This document shows positions 17,339 through 25,408 of a stretch of DNA of 28,311 nucleotides, piece by piece; within the stretch, counting starts at the first letter, position 1; each line of letters starts with the position of its first letter. The stretch is from assembly GCA_041688925.1 (NCBI GenBank), contig JBDNHG010000203.1, positions 1 to 28,311 of the forward strand. The letters are read 5' to 3'. Under the pieces are notes generated by a model. That model did no database searches. It saw only the letters and a program-made list of their open reading frames with translations, and had not been told where the DNA came from. Position numbers and translations under genes: made by a program. This DNA is from Acidimicrobiales bacterium. Its GTDB lineage: Bacteria > Actinomycetota > Acidimicrobiia > Acidimicrobiales > UBA10347.

Positions 17339-17650
17339 CTACGCCCGCCTCCGGCGGCGACCCGCGGGCTGGCTGGCCACGCTGCCGGAGCGTGGCTCCT
17401 CCTGACCCGCCGTCCGGCGCTCCTCGATGCCGTCGAGCCGACTCAACAGGACTGCCTCGGCGGCCTCGTATCGCTCGAGCGTGAGCTCTCCAGCGTCCAG
17501 TCGTCTCTGGAGGTCAGCCAATGCGGCCCGAATCTGCCCCGGATCGTTGAACTCGCGGTCGGCTTGCTCCACGACCTTGTTGAACACGTAGACCAGGCCT
17601 TTCGCAGGCAGCGTCAACGGCCCGAGGAGGATTCCCGTGATGAGGCTCAT
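17339..17650 (-). CDS. gvpG: Gas vesicle protein GvpG
   Basis: LLGPLTLPAKGLVYVFNKVVEQADREFNDPGQIRAALADLQRRLDAGELTLERYE; ATGA overlap with gvpF. Confidence 0.92.
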   Translation of the reverse strand: MSLITGILLGPLTLPAKGLVYVFNKVVEQADREFNDPGQIRAALADLQRRLDAGELTLERYEAAEAVLLSRLDGIEERRTAGQEEPRSGSVASQPAGRRRRRA

Positions 17651-18453
17651 CTTCTCACCCGGCGCCGGCCGCGCTCGCGCCCACGCCGCGGGAGCGCCGA
17701 CTCCAGTTGCGGCACGAAGCCGTACGGCGCCGCTGGTGCACCGACTGTCATCACGTAGCGGCCGTCGATGTTACTGTCGTGGGCCTTGACCGCTGCGGTA
17801 AAGGCGTCGATTCCGTCGCGATGCACCAGGAACGAGGCGTCGAGCACCATCGTCTCTTCGCCATGCTCGTTCAGGTGGACACCGTCCTGCGCAGCACACT
17901 CTTTGAGTGCATTGACGATGTCGTCGCCCTCGGCCAAGCGTTTCGCCGTCAGTGATCGCTCAACTCGCTTGCCGACATCGAGCCGCATGTTCTGCGATGC
18001 CTGAGAGGTCGCCAGTCGACGCCGGGCCTCCCGCAGCCACGGGTCAGCGGCCACGATCTCGGCGATGATGGACTTGATGTTGAACCAGCGCACGACGAGG
18101 CCGATCTCGACCATGCCGTCGACCCGCTCGATCTGGGCGCGCAGCGGCTCGTAGTAGGTCTCGAGCAGCTCGTCCGCGATCGCATCTCGATTTCGGACGC
18201 TGCCGAACCGGGCAGGAAGGACCGCGAACCGCTCCATCAACGCGGTGACCACGGCCTCGTGGCCGAGCACATTTCGCCGGGAGACCTCGTAACGCTCCTT
18301 CTGAGCGTCGCTAACGATCACCGTCAGGTCGCGGTAGGCGATCCCGTAGACTGGTCCGTCGCCGTCAACGGACGTCACCCCGGCCAGCGGGCCGGAGTGG
18401 TCGCCGCGAACGACGCCGTAGAAGTAGACCGAACTGCCGACAGCCTCGGACAT
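17647..18453 (-). CDS. gvpF: Gas vesicle protein GvpF
   Basis: VYFYGVV...HEAVVTALMERFAVLPARFG...EIGLVVRW...LDASFLV...APYGFV; conserved F-G gene pair. Confidence 0.92.
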   Translation of the reverse strand: MSEAVGSSVYFYGVVRGDHSGPLAGVTSVDGDGPVYGIAYRDLTVIVSDAQKERYEVSRRNVLGHEAVVTALMERFAVLPARFGSVRNRDAIADELLETYYEPLRAQIERVDGMVEIGLVVRWFNIKSIIAEIVAADPWLREARRRLATSQASQNMRLDVGKRVERSLTAKRLAEGDDIVNALKECAAQDGVHLNEHGEETMVLDASFLVHRDGIDAFTAAVKAHDSNIDGRYVMTVGAPAAPYGFVPQLESALPRRGRERGRRRVRR

Positions 18454-18454
18454 A

Positions 18455-19489
18455 TCAATCCCTTCCGATACTACGCTCGATGGACGCGAAGAGAACCGCT
18501 GCGTGCGGATCGAAGGCGCGGTCTCCTCGGTGCTGGCACACGGTCACGAGGGTCGCCCGTGCCTTCGTCAGATCCTCGAAATCGCGGACGGCATCCGGAT
18601 CGGCAGTTCGGACATCAGGGTGCCGCTCGAGCGCTAGCCCCCGGTACTGGGCCTGCACCGCCGACTCGTCGAAGGCATGCGGGAGGCCGAGGATGACGCG
18701 GGCCCGCTCGATCTCATCCGGATGGATCCGGTGCGCGTACACCGTGGCGAAGCTGTACGGCGGCAGTGGACCCACTCGCCGGAAATTGTACCGACCCTCG
18801 AGCTCGGCATCGAGGCGATACAACGCCTGGTCGATCCCGGCGACGCCGACGGGATCGACGAGAAGCGCTATGTTGCACACGAGCTCGTCGGAGACGAGTT
18901 CGTTGAGATGCACGTCGCTGGCCAACGGTCGCAGGTGCTCGAGGACCACGCTCTCCAGATGGCTACGCCGCTCGTGGAGCATCGCCTCGACCAGCCGGCC
19001 AACACCGATCACGGCCTCGGGACGCTGCTCGGCCGGAACTGCGTTGGCTGCAGACTTGGCAGCCAAGACCTCCGGATCGAGGGCGATCTGCGCAAGGTTC
19101 TCGCTGAGGTCCCAGGTCGTGGCGATAGCGATCTCCACCGTGCCCGCATGCGCTGCGCAAGCCGTGCGAAGGAGCTGCCCAGACGTGCGTAACAGCGACG
19201 TCACGGCATCGTCGTCGTCCATGACGGTGCCGAGCCGCACCGGCAGCAGGCTGCCGCCACTCATGAGCTGCTCGATGACCTTCTGGTTCAGCAGGAGGCG
19301 CCCGGTCAACTCGTTCTGCGGAACGTCCTCGATGGCCAGACCTCGGTAGGCGCTGACGAAGGCCACCAGGCCCTCAGCAAGGATCGCCCGCACGGGTTCG
19401 AACTGCTCAGGCAGATCGAACCCGTCCAGCGGAGCGGTCCGGTCCTCCGCTGCTCCGATCGCGAACAGATAGGTGCGGCAATCACTCAT
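18455..19489 (-). CDS. GvpF/GvpL family protein with C-terminal J-domain (HPD motif)
   Basis: GvpF/L core (YLFAIG...LLPVRLG...NIALLV...GPLPPYSF), then ARVILGL...AVQAQYRGLALERHPDV...RDFEDLTKARATL. Confidence 0.88.
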   Translation of the reverse strand: MSDCRTYLFAIGAAEDRTAPLDGFDLPEQFEPVRAILAEGLVAFVSAYRGLAIEDVPQNELTGRLLLNQKVIEQLMSGGSLLPVRLGTVMDDDDAVTSLLRTSGQLLRTACAAHAGTVEIAIATTWDLSENLAQIALDPEVLAAKSAANAVPAEQRPEAVIGVGRLVEAMLHERRSHLESVVLEHLRPLASDVHLNELVSDELVCNIALLVDPVGVAGIDQALYRLDAELEGRYNFRRVGPLPPYSFATVYAHRIHPDEIERARVILGLPHAFDESAVQAQYRGLALERHPDVRTADPDAVRDFEDLTKARATLVTVCQHRGDRAFDPHAAVLFASIERSIGRD

Positions 19490-21635
19490 TCCTTACTCCC
19501 GGCCGATGTCGCAGCGTCTCCAGTGCCGCATCGAAGTGCGCTGCCCTCACGGAGAGCTTGGCGCTCTCACTCTCGCCATTGACGATGAATTCGCGTACTG
19601 CCGCCATCGTCGCATCGCGGCACAACTCAGCGAGCTCTGCGCCCTGGTACCCATCCGTCTGCTCTGCGAGAGCGTCAAGGTCGACGTCGTCGGCCAGCAG
19701 GTCGGTCTGGGTGTGAATACCGAGGATAGCCCGACGGGCCGTGCTGTCCGGAGCACCGATTTCGATCACCATGTCGAATCGACCTGGCCGCAGGATTGCT
19801 GCATCGATCATGTCGATGCGGTTCGTCGCACCAAGGACGGTCACGCCGCGAAGGTCCTCGATCCCGTCCAGCTCCGTCAGGACCTGGCCGAGCACTCGCT
19901 CCGAGACGTTGTCACCCGACCCGCGTCCACGCTTCTGCGCGATGACGTCGATCTCGTCGAAGAAGAGGATGCATGGTGCTGCCTGCCTTGCCTTCTTGAA
20001 GATCTCGCGGACCGCCTTCTCAGACTCCCCGACCCACTTCGAGATCAGCTCGGGACCCTTGACCGAGAGGAAGTTGGCATTGACCTCGTGCGCAACTGCC
20101 TTGGCCAGCAGCGTCTTGCCGCAGCCGGGAGGCCCGACGAGGAGGATGCCCTTCGGCGGGCTCACCGACGCCTGTTCGAAGATGTCTGCGTACGTGCGAG
20201 GCCACTCGACCGCTTCGCGAAGCACTTGCTTGACGTTCTCTAGGCCGCCGACGTCCGCCCACGTCGTGTCGGCGATCTCGATGAAGAACTCGCGGATCAT
20301 CGACGGCTGCACCTCCAGCATCGCCGTGGCGAAGTCACCGCCATCCACCGTGAGGGCGAGCAGTTCCTCATCGGGGATCTCGGAGTTCGTGAAGTCGATG
20401 TTCGGGATGATTCTGCGCAGCGCGCCCATGGCGGCTTCCCGGCCCAGCGCCTGCACGTCCGCGCCCACGTAGCCGTGGGTCAACGTCGCGATGCGCTCCA
20501 GGTCGACGTCATCGCCGAGCGGCATGCCCCGTGTGTGGATTTCGAGGATTTCCCGACGGCCGTTGCGGTCCGGGATCGGGATCACGATCTCCCGGTCGAA
20601 CCGCCCCGGTCGCCTGAGTGCCGGGTCGATGTTGTCTGGAAGGTTGGTCGCGCCGATGACCACGACCTGCCCGCGGGCCGCGACACCGTCCATCAGGCCC
20701 AGCAGCTGAGCGACGACGCGCTTCTCCACTTCGCCCTGCACCTCGGCGCGCTTGGGCGCGATGGCATCGATCTCGTCGATAAAGATGATGCTCGGCGCGT
20801 TGGATTCCGCATCGGCAAAGATGCGACGCAGATGCGCCTCGCTCTCGCCATACAGCCGGTGAATGATCTCGGGGCCATTGACGTGGATGAAGTGCGCCGA
20901 CGTCTCGTGCGCGATGGCACGGGCGATCAACGTCTTGCCGCACCCCGGCGGCCCGTGAAGGAGCACGCCCTTGGGTGCGTCGATGCCGAGCCGATCGAAG
21001 ACCTCGGGGAAGCGAAGCGGCAGCTCGATCATCTCCCGGATGCGATGGAGCGTGCGTCCGAGACCGCCGATGTCCTCGTAGGAGATGGCCAGGTCGTTGC
21101 GCGGCTCGCGGGCCGTCGAACCGGACCCGCCGACGATCTTGACGCGCGTGCCATCCCGCAGGAACACGACCCCCTTGGGGGTCGTGCCCTCCACTTGGAA
21201 GTCCTGCGGACGAGAGCCGAAGAGGTTCACCCGTACACGGTCCCCCGTCTGGACGACCATGCCGTCGAGCAGCCGCCCGATGTAGGACCCGTCACGAGCC
21301 TGCGACAGGCGTGGTGCTCCGATCATGCTGAGTGTCACGGACCGGGCCACCTCGCACTGCGCCTTGCGCACCTCCACGCGCTCGTCCAGGCCGGCACCCG
21401 CGTTCTCGCGCGCGATACCGTCGATCTGCACGATCTCGTTCCCGCGGTCGTCGGGATACACCGGCACGACCTTCAGCACAGCGTCACGAGTGCCCGTGAC
21501 AGCGACAACGTCGCCGATCTTCACATCCACTCTCGCCATGTCGCTTGGGTCGAGGCGGGCGATTCCGCGTCCGGCATCCTTGGGCAGGCCCTCGGCCACC
21601 CGAAGAGTCACGCCGGGACGCTCGTCAGGATTCAC
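19482..21635 (-). CDS. Cdc48/p97/VAT family AAA+ ATPase
   Basis: N-domain (DAGRGIARLD), two AAA modules (GPPGCGKT x2, FIDEID/FFDEID, RPGRFD x2); GTG start with GAGG RBS overlapping the hsp20 stop. Confidence 0.95.
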   Translation of the reverse strand: MNPDERPGVTLRVAEGLPKDAGRGIARLDPSDMARVDVKIGDVVAVTGTRDAVLKVVPVYPDDRGNEIVQIDGIARENAGAGLDERVEVRKAQCEVARSVTLSMIGAPRLSQARDGSYIGRLLDGMVVQTGDRVRVNLFGSRPQDFQVEGTTPKGVVFLRDGTRVKIVGGSGSTAREPRNDLAISYEDIGGLGRTLHRIREMIELPLRFPEVFDRLGIDAPKGVLLHGPPGCGKTLIARAIAHETSAHFIHVNGPEIIHRLYGESEAHLRRIFADAESNAPSIIFIDEIDAIAPKRAEVQGEVEKRVVAQLLGLMDGVAARGQVVVIGATNLPDNIDPALRRPGRFDREIVIPIPDRNGRREILEIHTRGMPLGDDVDLERIATLTHGYVGADVQALGREAAMGALRRIIPNIDFTNSEIPDEELLALTVDGGDFATAMLEVQPSMIREFFIEIADTTWADVGGLENVKQVLREAVEWPRTYADIFEQASVSPPKGILLVGPPGCGKTLLAKAVAHEVNANFLSVKGPELISKWVGESEKAVREIFKKARQAAPCILFFDEIDVIAQKRGRGSGDNVSERVLGQVLTELDGIEDLRGVTVLGATNRIDMIDAAILRPGRFDMVIEIGAPDSTARRAILGIHTQTDLLADDVDLDALAEQTDGYQGAELAELCRDATMAAVREFIVNGESESAKLSVRAAHFDAALETLRHRPGVRNE

Positions 21636-22254
21636 CCTGGTCCTCGCCCTCAGCGGCCTTGTCCGCAGCGTCAGGGTCGGGCGATCCCGCCGGCGCTGCC
21701 TTCGCGTATCGGATCTGCAGGTAACCGTTGTCGTAACTCTGCTGCGCTGATCCTGGATCGACGGAAGCGGGCAGCAACGTTTCGCACTCATACCGATGTC
21801 GATTGCCCTTCGCTTCGACCGCCATTACGTCGCCGTTCAGCTCGACGTGGATGTCACGCTCGGCAACTCCTGGCAGCTCAAAGACGATGAGGATCTCGTC
21901 ACCCTCGTCGAAGACGTCCACAAGGGGCTCTCTGGTCTCGCTGACGACAACGCCCTCATTGGTCATCTTGACGTTGCCGAACTCGCTCACCACCGGCTCT
22001 GGATCCCCTAGGCCGGTTCGGATGGAGAGTCCGTATACACCACGGCCACCGCCGGGGATCGAGAACTGCTTGTTTCGGGACATCCCCGGAGGCCGACCGC
22101 CAGAGGAGGAGGATGAGCTCGAGGGCATGGAGTCTGCCGCGTCCTGGAGCGACTGCGCCTGCTCGCTCAGCGTCTGCAGCAACGTGACTAGGTCGGAGAC
22201 CACGTTTGAAGCGCCCTTGATGCCGGGGGGACGCTTGTCGGGGTTAGTCGTCAT
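21625..22254 (-). CDS. gvpH: Hsp20/alpha-crystallin family protein (GvpH-like)
   Basis: GVYGLSIRTGLG...EFGNVK...TREPLVDVFDEGDEILIVFELPGV...YDNGYLQIR. Confidence 0.88.
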   Translation of the reverse strand: MTTNPDKRPPGIKGASNVVSDLVTLLQTLSEQAQSLQDAADSMPSSSSSSSGGRPPGMSRNKQFSIPGGGRGVYGLSIRTGLGDPEPVVSEFGNVKMTNEGVVVSETREPLVDVFDEGDEILIVFELPGVAERDIHVELNGDVMAVEAKGNRHRYECETLLPASVDPGSAQQSYDNGYLQIRYAKAAPAGSPDPDAADKAAEGEDQGES

Positions 22255-22269
22255 GGTGATTCCAATCCA

Positions 22270-22595
22270 CTCTGTGGTTACTGCACGATTTGTCGATCGC
22301 CACGTAAAGGTCGAACCACACGCCCTTGTCCGGACCCCGCAGCGCTGTGGTGCCCCAACCCCACGCGCCCGCAGTACCGGCCAGCGGCTCGATCTCATCG
22401 TAGCAGGCGTCGTACGCCTCCACGATCGCCAGATCGTACTCGGCAGTGAACGTCCGCCGCCGAGGCTTGTGCGCGAAAGTGGGGCCATCATCGGCCATCG
22501 CCCCATCATGGGATCGCTGCATCATCCGGATTGGTATCATCATTGCTGTGCACCTAGTCCAGTCTCGGCCTTTAAGGATCGCGGGCAACCTGACG
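22270..22595 (-). mobile_element. Internally deleted IS3-family remnant inside the gvp operon
   Basis: OrfA-like KPRRRTFTAEYDLAIVEAYD is joined directly to OrfB-like AWGWGTTALRGPDKGVWFDLYVAID; a possible left end (c/t)GTCAGGTTGCCCGCG lies near 22595. Boundaries approximate. Confidence 0.7.
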
Positions 22596-22609
22596 TCCTG
22601 CGCATGACG

Positions 22610-22954
22610 TCAGTAACGAAGCTCAATCACGTCCCAGGCCCGCGGCGAGTCGCCTCGCTTGTTCGGCTGCTTCTCTCCTATGGAGTTCTCTCCTATGGAG
22701 TCGAGCTCCTTATTAAGGCGTGCCATCTGCTGCGCCAGAGTCTCGAGCCGCGAGAGCGCAAGCTGCTCCTTACCACGTAAGATCGCGAGCTGGGCTCGAA
22801 GCCTGGCTTCCTCTGCGCTTAACGTACTGAGCTGGAAATAGACCTCATGCTGGCTCCGTCCAGACCGTCTGCCCGCTCCCTTCGCCCGCGCATCGCCCAT
22901 CGAGGGAACACGTGAGGTACTGCTTCGACCGCGGCCAGCGCCTTGGATAGGCAT
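22610..22954 (-). CDS. gvpV: GvpV-like coiled-coil gas vesicle protein
   Basis: Directly after gvpN; YFQLSTLSAEEARL followed by a coiled coil and a terminal IELRY, the pattern I recall for GvpV. Confidence 0.65.
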   Translation of the reverse strand: MPIQGAGRGRSSTSRVPSMGDARAKGAGRRSGRSQHEVYFQLSTLSAEEARLRAQLAILRGKEQLALSRLETLAQQMARLNKELDSIGENSIGEKQPNKRGDSPRAWDVIELRY

Positions 22955-22956
22955 GG

Positions 22957-23913
22957 CTAAATCGGGGCTAGGTCGACTGAAGTATCCGCCTGCTCGACAG
23001 GGCGCAGTGCAACCTTTGCGCGAACGATGCTCACCAGCTTTTGCCGAACCTCGGACTCGTGGCGATTGGACGCACCACCGCCCGTCGGACGAAGCATGCT
23101 CAGCAGCACGTCGCAGCACGTCGACTCGAACCACGGATCATCAGCAACCGAGTGCTTCTCGTTGGCGAGCACCGCTCCGATCATCACGGCGCTTCGCACC
23201 GTCGGGACGTGACTATCACCGAGCAACTCTCGGACCTCGCGGACGATTGAGACGATGACTGCCGAGTCGGCCGCGTTAGCACCCGATCGCGCCTTGGTGA
23301 TCGCTACCTCGGTCTCGAAGTCGAACGTGCTTACGTCCAGGGTCATCATGCGCTGCACGAGAGCGTCCTGCGCTTGGTGGACGCCGGCGTACTCGGACGG
23401 ATTGCTCGTGAAGATCGCAGTGAAGTCGGGGTGTACCTTGAGGTAGCTCGAGCCGCGTCGACGAGCCGGCAGTACCAGCACGCCCTCCTCAAGTACAGAG
23501 AGAAGAATGTTGTTCGCCTCAGGACGCGATCGCGTGAACTCGTCATAGACGAGGGTCAGGCCCTCGCTGCATGCCAGGGTCAGGCGGTTGTCGACCCACG
23601 ACTCGCGGACCGAGTCCTCCACCTTGCGCACCGAATGGATAAATTTGTCCACGACGCGTTTACGGTCATACCCGGTGGCGCCGCCCACCAGGTCGGAGGT
23701 GCCGAACTCGTCGTCACCCGTCATCAACATGACGGGGCGCCCGATCTGCTGGGCGATGTGCATAGCTATTGTGGTCTTGCCCACGCCTGTGGGCCCTGCC
23801 AGATGAAGCGGGAAACCCGCTCGGATGTAACTGAGCCCACGCTCGGTTAGGGATTGCACGTACGGGGTGGCGACGAAATCCGGCCGTGGACTCAGCTGCA
23901 CGATCGATGGCAT
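22957..23913 (-). CDS. gvpN: Gas vesicle AAA+ ATPase GvpN (MoxR clade)
   Basis: GFPLHLAGPTGVGKT, LVYDEFTRSRPEANNILLSVLEEG, HPDFTAIFTSNPSEYAGVHQAQDAL; AAGGA RBS. Confidence 0.95.
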   Translation of the reverse strand: MPSIVQLSPRPDFVATPYVQSLTERGLSYIRAGFPLHLAGPTGVGKTTIAMHIAQQIGRPVMLMTGDDEFGTSDLVGGATGYDRKRVVDKFIHSVRKVEDSVRESWVDNRLTLACSEGLTLVYDEFTRSRPEANNILLSVLEEGVLVLPARRRGSSYLKVHPDFTAIFTSNPSEYAGVHQAQDALVQRMMTLDVSTFDFETEVAITKARSGANAADSAVIVSIVREVRELLGDSHVPTVRSAVMIGAVLANEKHSVADDPWFESTCCDVLLSMLRPTGGGASNRHESEVRQKLVSIVRAKVALRPVEQADTSVDLAPI

Positions 23914-24000
23914 TAGACTTTTCCTTATTTCCGGGTTCGAAGAGTGGGGATATCCCACGCCCGCCCAGAGGATTGATTGGTTCCTTGCTGTGCCGTGGCC

Positions 24001-24663
24001 CTATACAGCGAAGTATTTGCCGGTCTCATCATCGCGAGTTACCTCGTGATCAGTCTCATACATTTCCTTGACCGGGCGCTGGAGGACGATGCGTGGAGTG
24101 CTGAAGTACTCCTCCATCTCGACGAGCGAGATACCACTCGGGTGGTCCGCTATGAAGGAGAAGATCTCGGCCTTTGTCGGGCGACGATCCTGGGCACCTG
24201 CCGCCGGCTTTGACTTCTTCGGCTCAACAGTCGCCTCTGCCGCCGGCTTCGACTTCTTCGGCTCAACAGCCGCGTCTGCCGCCGGCTTCGACTTTTTCGG
24301 CTCAACAGCCGCGTCTGCCGCCGGCTTCGACTTTTTCGGCTCAACGGTCGTCTCTGCAGCTGGCTTCGACTTCTTCGGCTCTGGGTTCGCATTCCAGCCG
24401 CTGCGGATGTCACTGATCGTGAGCAGCGCCGTCTGCAGGAGGCTCGCCGACTGCACGCGGGTCGCGCTGAGCTCTGCAACCGCAGCATCGGTGTCCGCAC
24501 GCATCTGCGCCACGTCCTCACTCATCGCCGCGATATTTGACAACCGCTCACCCCTATCGACGCTGGCCAACTCCAGGCGGATCACCTGGCCAGCCACTCT
24601 TCGCTCAGTTCCTGCGACCAGACTCTCCACGAGCCTTTGCATGTCATGCACTTGGCTAGTCAT
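24001..24663 (-). CDS. gvpC: GvpC-like protein with Lys/Ala/Pro-rich repeats and C-terminal winged-helix-like domain
   Basis: Position between gvpA and gvpN; helical N-terminus; (VEPKKSKPAAxAx)n; C-terminus IFSFIADHPSGISLVEMEEYF...GKYF; AGGAG RBS. Confidence 0.65.
   Translation of the reverse strand: MTSQVHDMQRLVESLVAGTERRVAGQVIRLELASVDRGERLSNIAAMSEDVAQMRADTDAAVAELSATRVQSASLLQTALLTISDIRSGWNANPEPKKSKPAAETTVEPKKSKPAADAAVEPKKSKPAADAAVEPKKSKPAAEATVEPKKSKPAAGAQDRRPTKAEIFSFIADHPSGISLVEMEEYFSTPRIVLQRPVKEMYETDHEVTRDDETGKYFAV
24199..24381 (-). repeat. 39-bp (13-aa) tandem repeat, about 4.7 copies, within the gvpC-like gene
   Basis: Units start at 24199, 24238, 24277, 24316 and 24355 (TGCCGCCGGCTTCGACTT(C/T)TTCGGCTC...). 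Confidence 0.95.
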
Positions 24664-24757
24664 TGTGAACTCCTACTTGTATGTACGGGATTGGGTACGA
24701 GGGGCGTGTTTTGGTGATGTGACCGGAGCGACCGTGGAAATGAGCGGAATCTCACGC

Positions 24758-24796
24758 GCCCGGAGTCCCGAGACTGGGCTGCGGTCTGCGCCGCAG
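24758..24796 (-). terminator. Two adjacent stem-loops downstream of gvpA (attenuator or RNA stabiliser)
   Basis: GCCCggAGTC-ccga-GACTGGGC and CTGCGG-tctgcg-CCGCAG; no U-tract. Confidence 0.4.
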
Positions 24797-24820
24797 GCCA
24801 ATCTCAGGTGAGCTAGCTGA

Positions 24821-25039
24821 TTACGCGTCGACTTCGTCGGCGTCCTTCAGCAGGCCAACGGCCTCCGCATACTTCAGCCACGTGTCGACCGACGCGATGA
24901 CCACGCGGGCTTCGATAGCGAGCAACTCGATACCAACTAGAGAAACGCGCACCCACGCGTCAACGACGACGCCCTTGTCGAGGATCCGGTCAACAACCTC
25001 AACCAGAGTTGATGCACCATTAGTGGTCTGAACAGCCAT
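24821..25039 (-). CDS. gvpA: Major gas vesicle structural protein GvpA
   Basis: [63 protein letters not shown]; AAGGAG RBS. Confidence 0.97.
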   Translation of the reverse strand: MAVQTTNGASTLVEVVDRILDKGVVVDAWVRVSLVGIELLAIEARVVIASVDTWLKYAEAVGLLKDADEVDA

Positions 25040-25065
25040 AGGTAATCTCCTTATATGGTTACGAT

Positions 25066-25192
25066 GTGAGCCTCTGTGGCTCACCGTAGGTGTAAAGTAT
25101 AGCACTCGCCGAGTGAGCCAGTACGGGAAGTGTTCACTCGTATGGCTACAATTGAGGAGCCATCCGGCCTGCCCTGAGTAGTCAAGTGAGCC
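25066..25192 (-). promoter_or_regulatory. gvpA promoter region: extended -10 (TGcTATACT, 25104-25096) and four GTGAGCC boxes
   Basis: Minus strand gagTGcTATACT; GTGAGCC at 25066, 25113 and 25186, with its inverse GGCTCAC at 25078. Confidence 0.55.
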
Positions 25193-25408
25193 AAGGACGT
25201 CGGAGGTCTGTCCCCCGGGTTCCGCAGCTTGTGGTGACGGTGACATCCTAGCTGCGGCGCAGAAGTAGGGATTGACCTGGGGGGTTCGCTGCTTGCGCGT
25301 GTGTTGACGGGTTAGGGAGGGGTCGGCCACACAGGGGCACTGATACTCCGACTTGTTTGAATAGCGGTCAGCACCAGCGATTCCTGCAGAGTCTTATGGT
25401 GTCAGGAC

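Noticed and set aside
21636-22509. Long N-terminal extensions given by the ORF track for cdc48 (21791) and hsp20 (22509), and similarly for gvpA (25330), gvpV (23134) and gvpK (15684)
   Set aside because: The extensions overlap upstream genes or IS debris and lack family similarity; the downstream starts begin where family similarity begins and mostly have RBSs or abut the upstream stop.
23944-23958. GGGATATCCC palindrome between gvpC-like and gvpN
   Set aside because: A single 10-bp palindrome with no second copy; could be chance or a small hairpin.
24199-24381. 39-bp repeats as CRISPR or iterons
   Set aside because: They are contiguous, in frame within a CDS, and vary mainly in codon-compatible ways.
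11624-24811. Long plus-strand ORFs opposite the gvp operon (e.g. 11624..12763, 13239..14483, 20475..21890, 21803..22780, 24068..24811)
   Set aside because: Antisense shadows typical of high-GC coding DNA; no motifs, and they fully overlap well-supported minus-strand genes.
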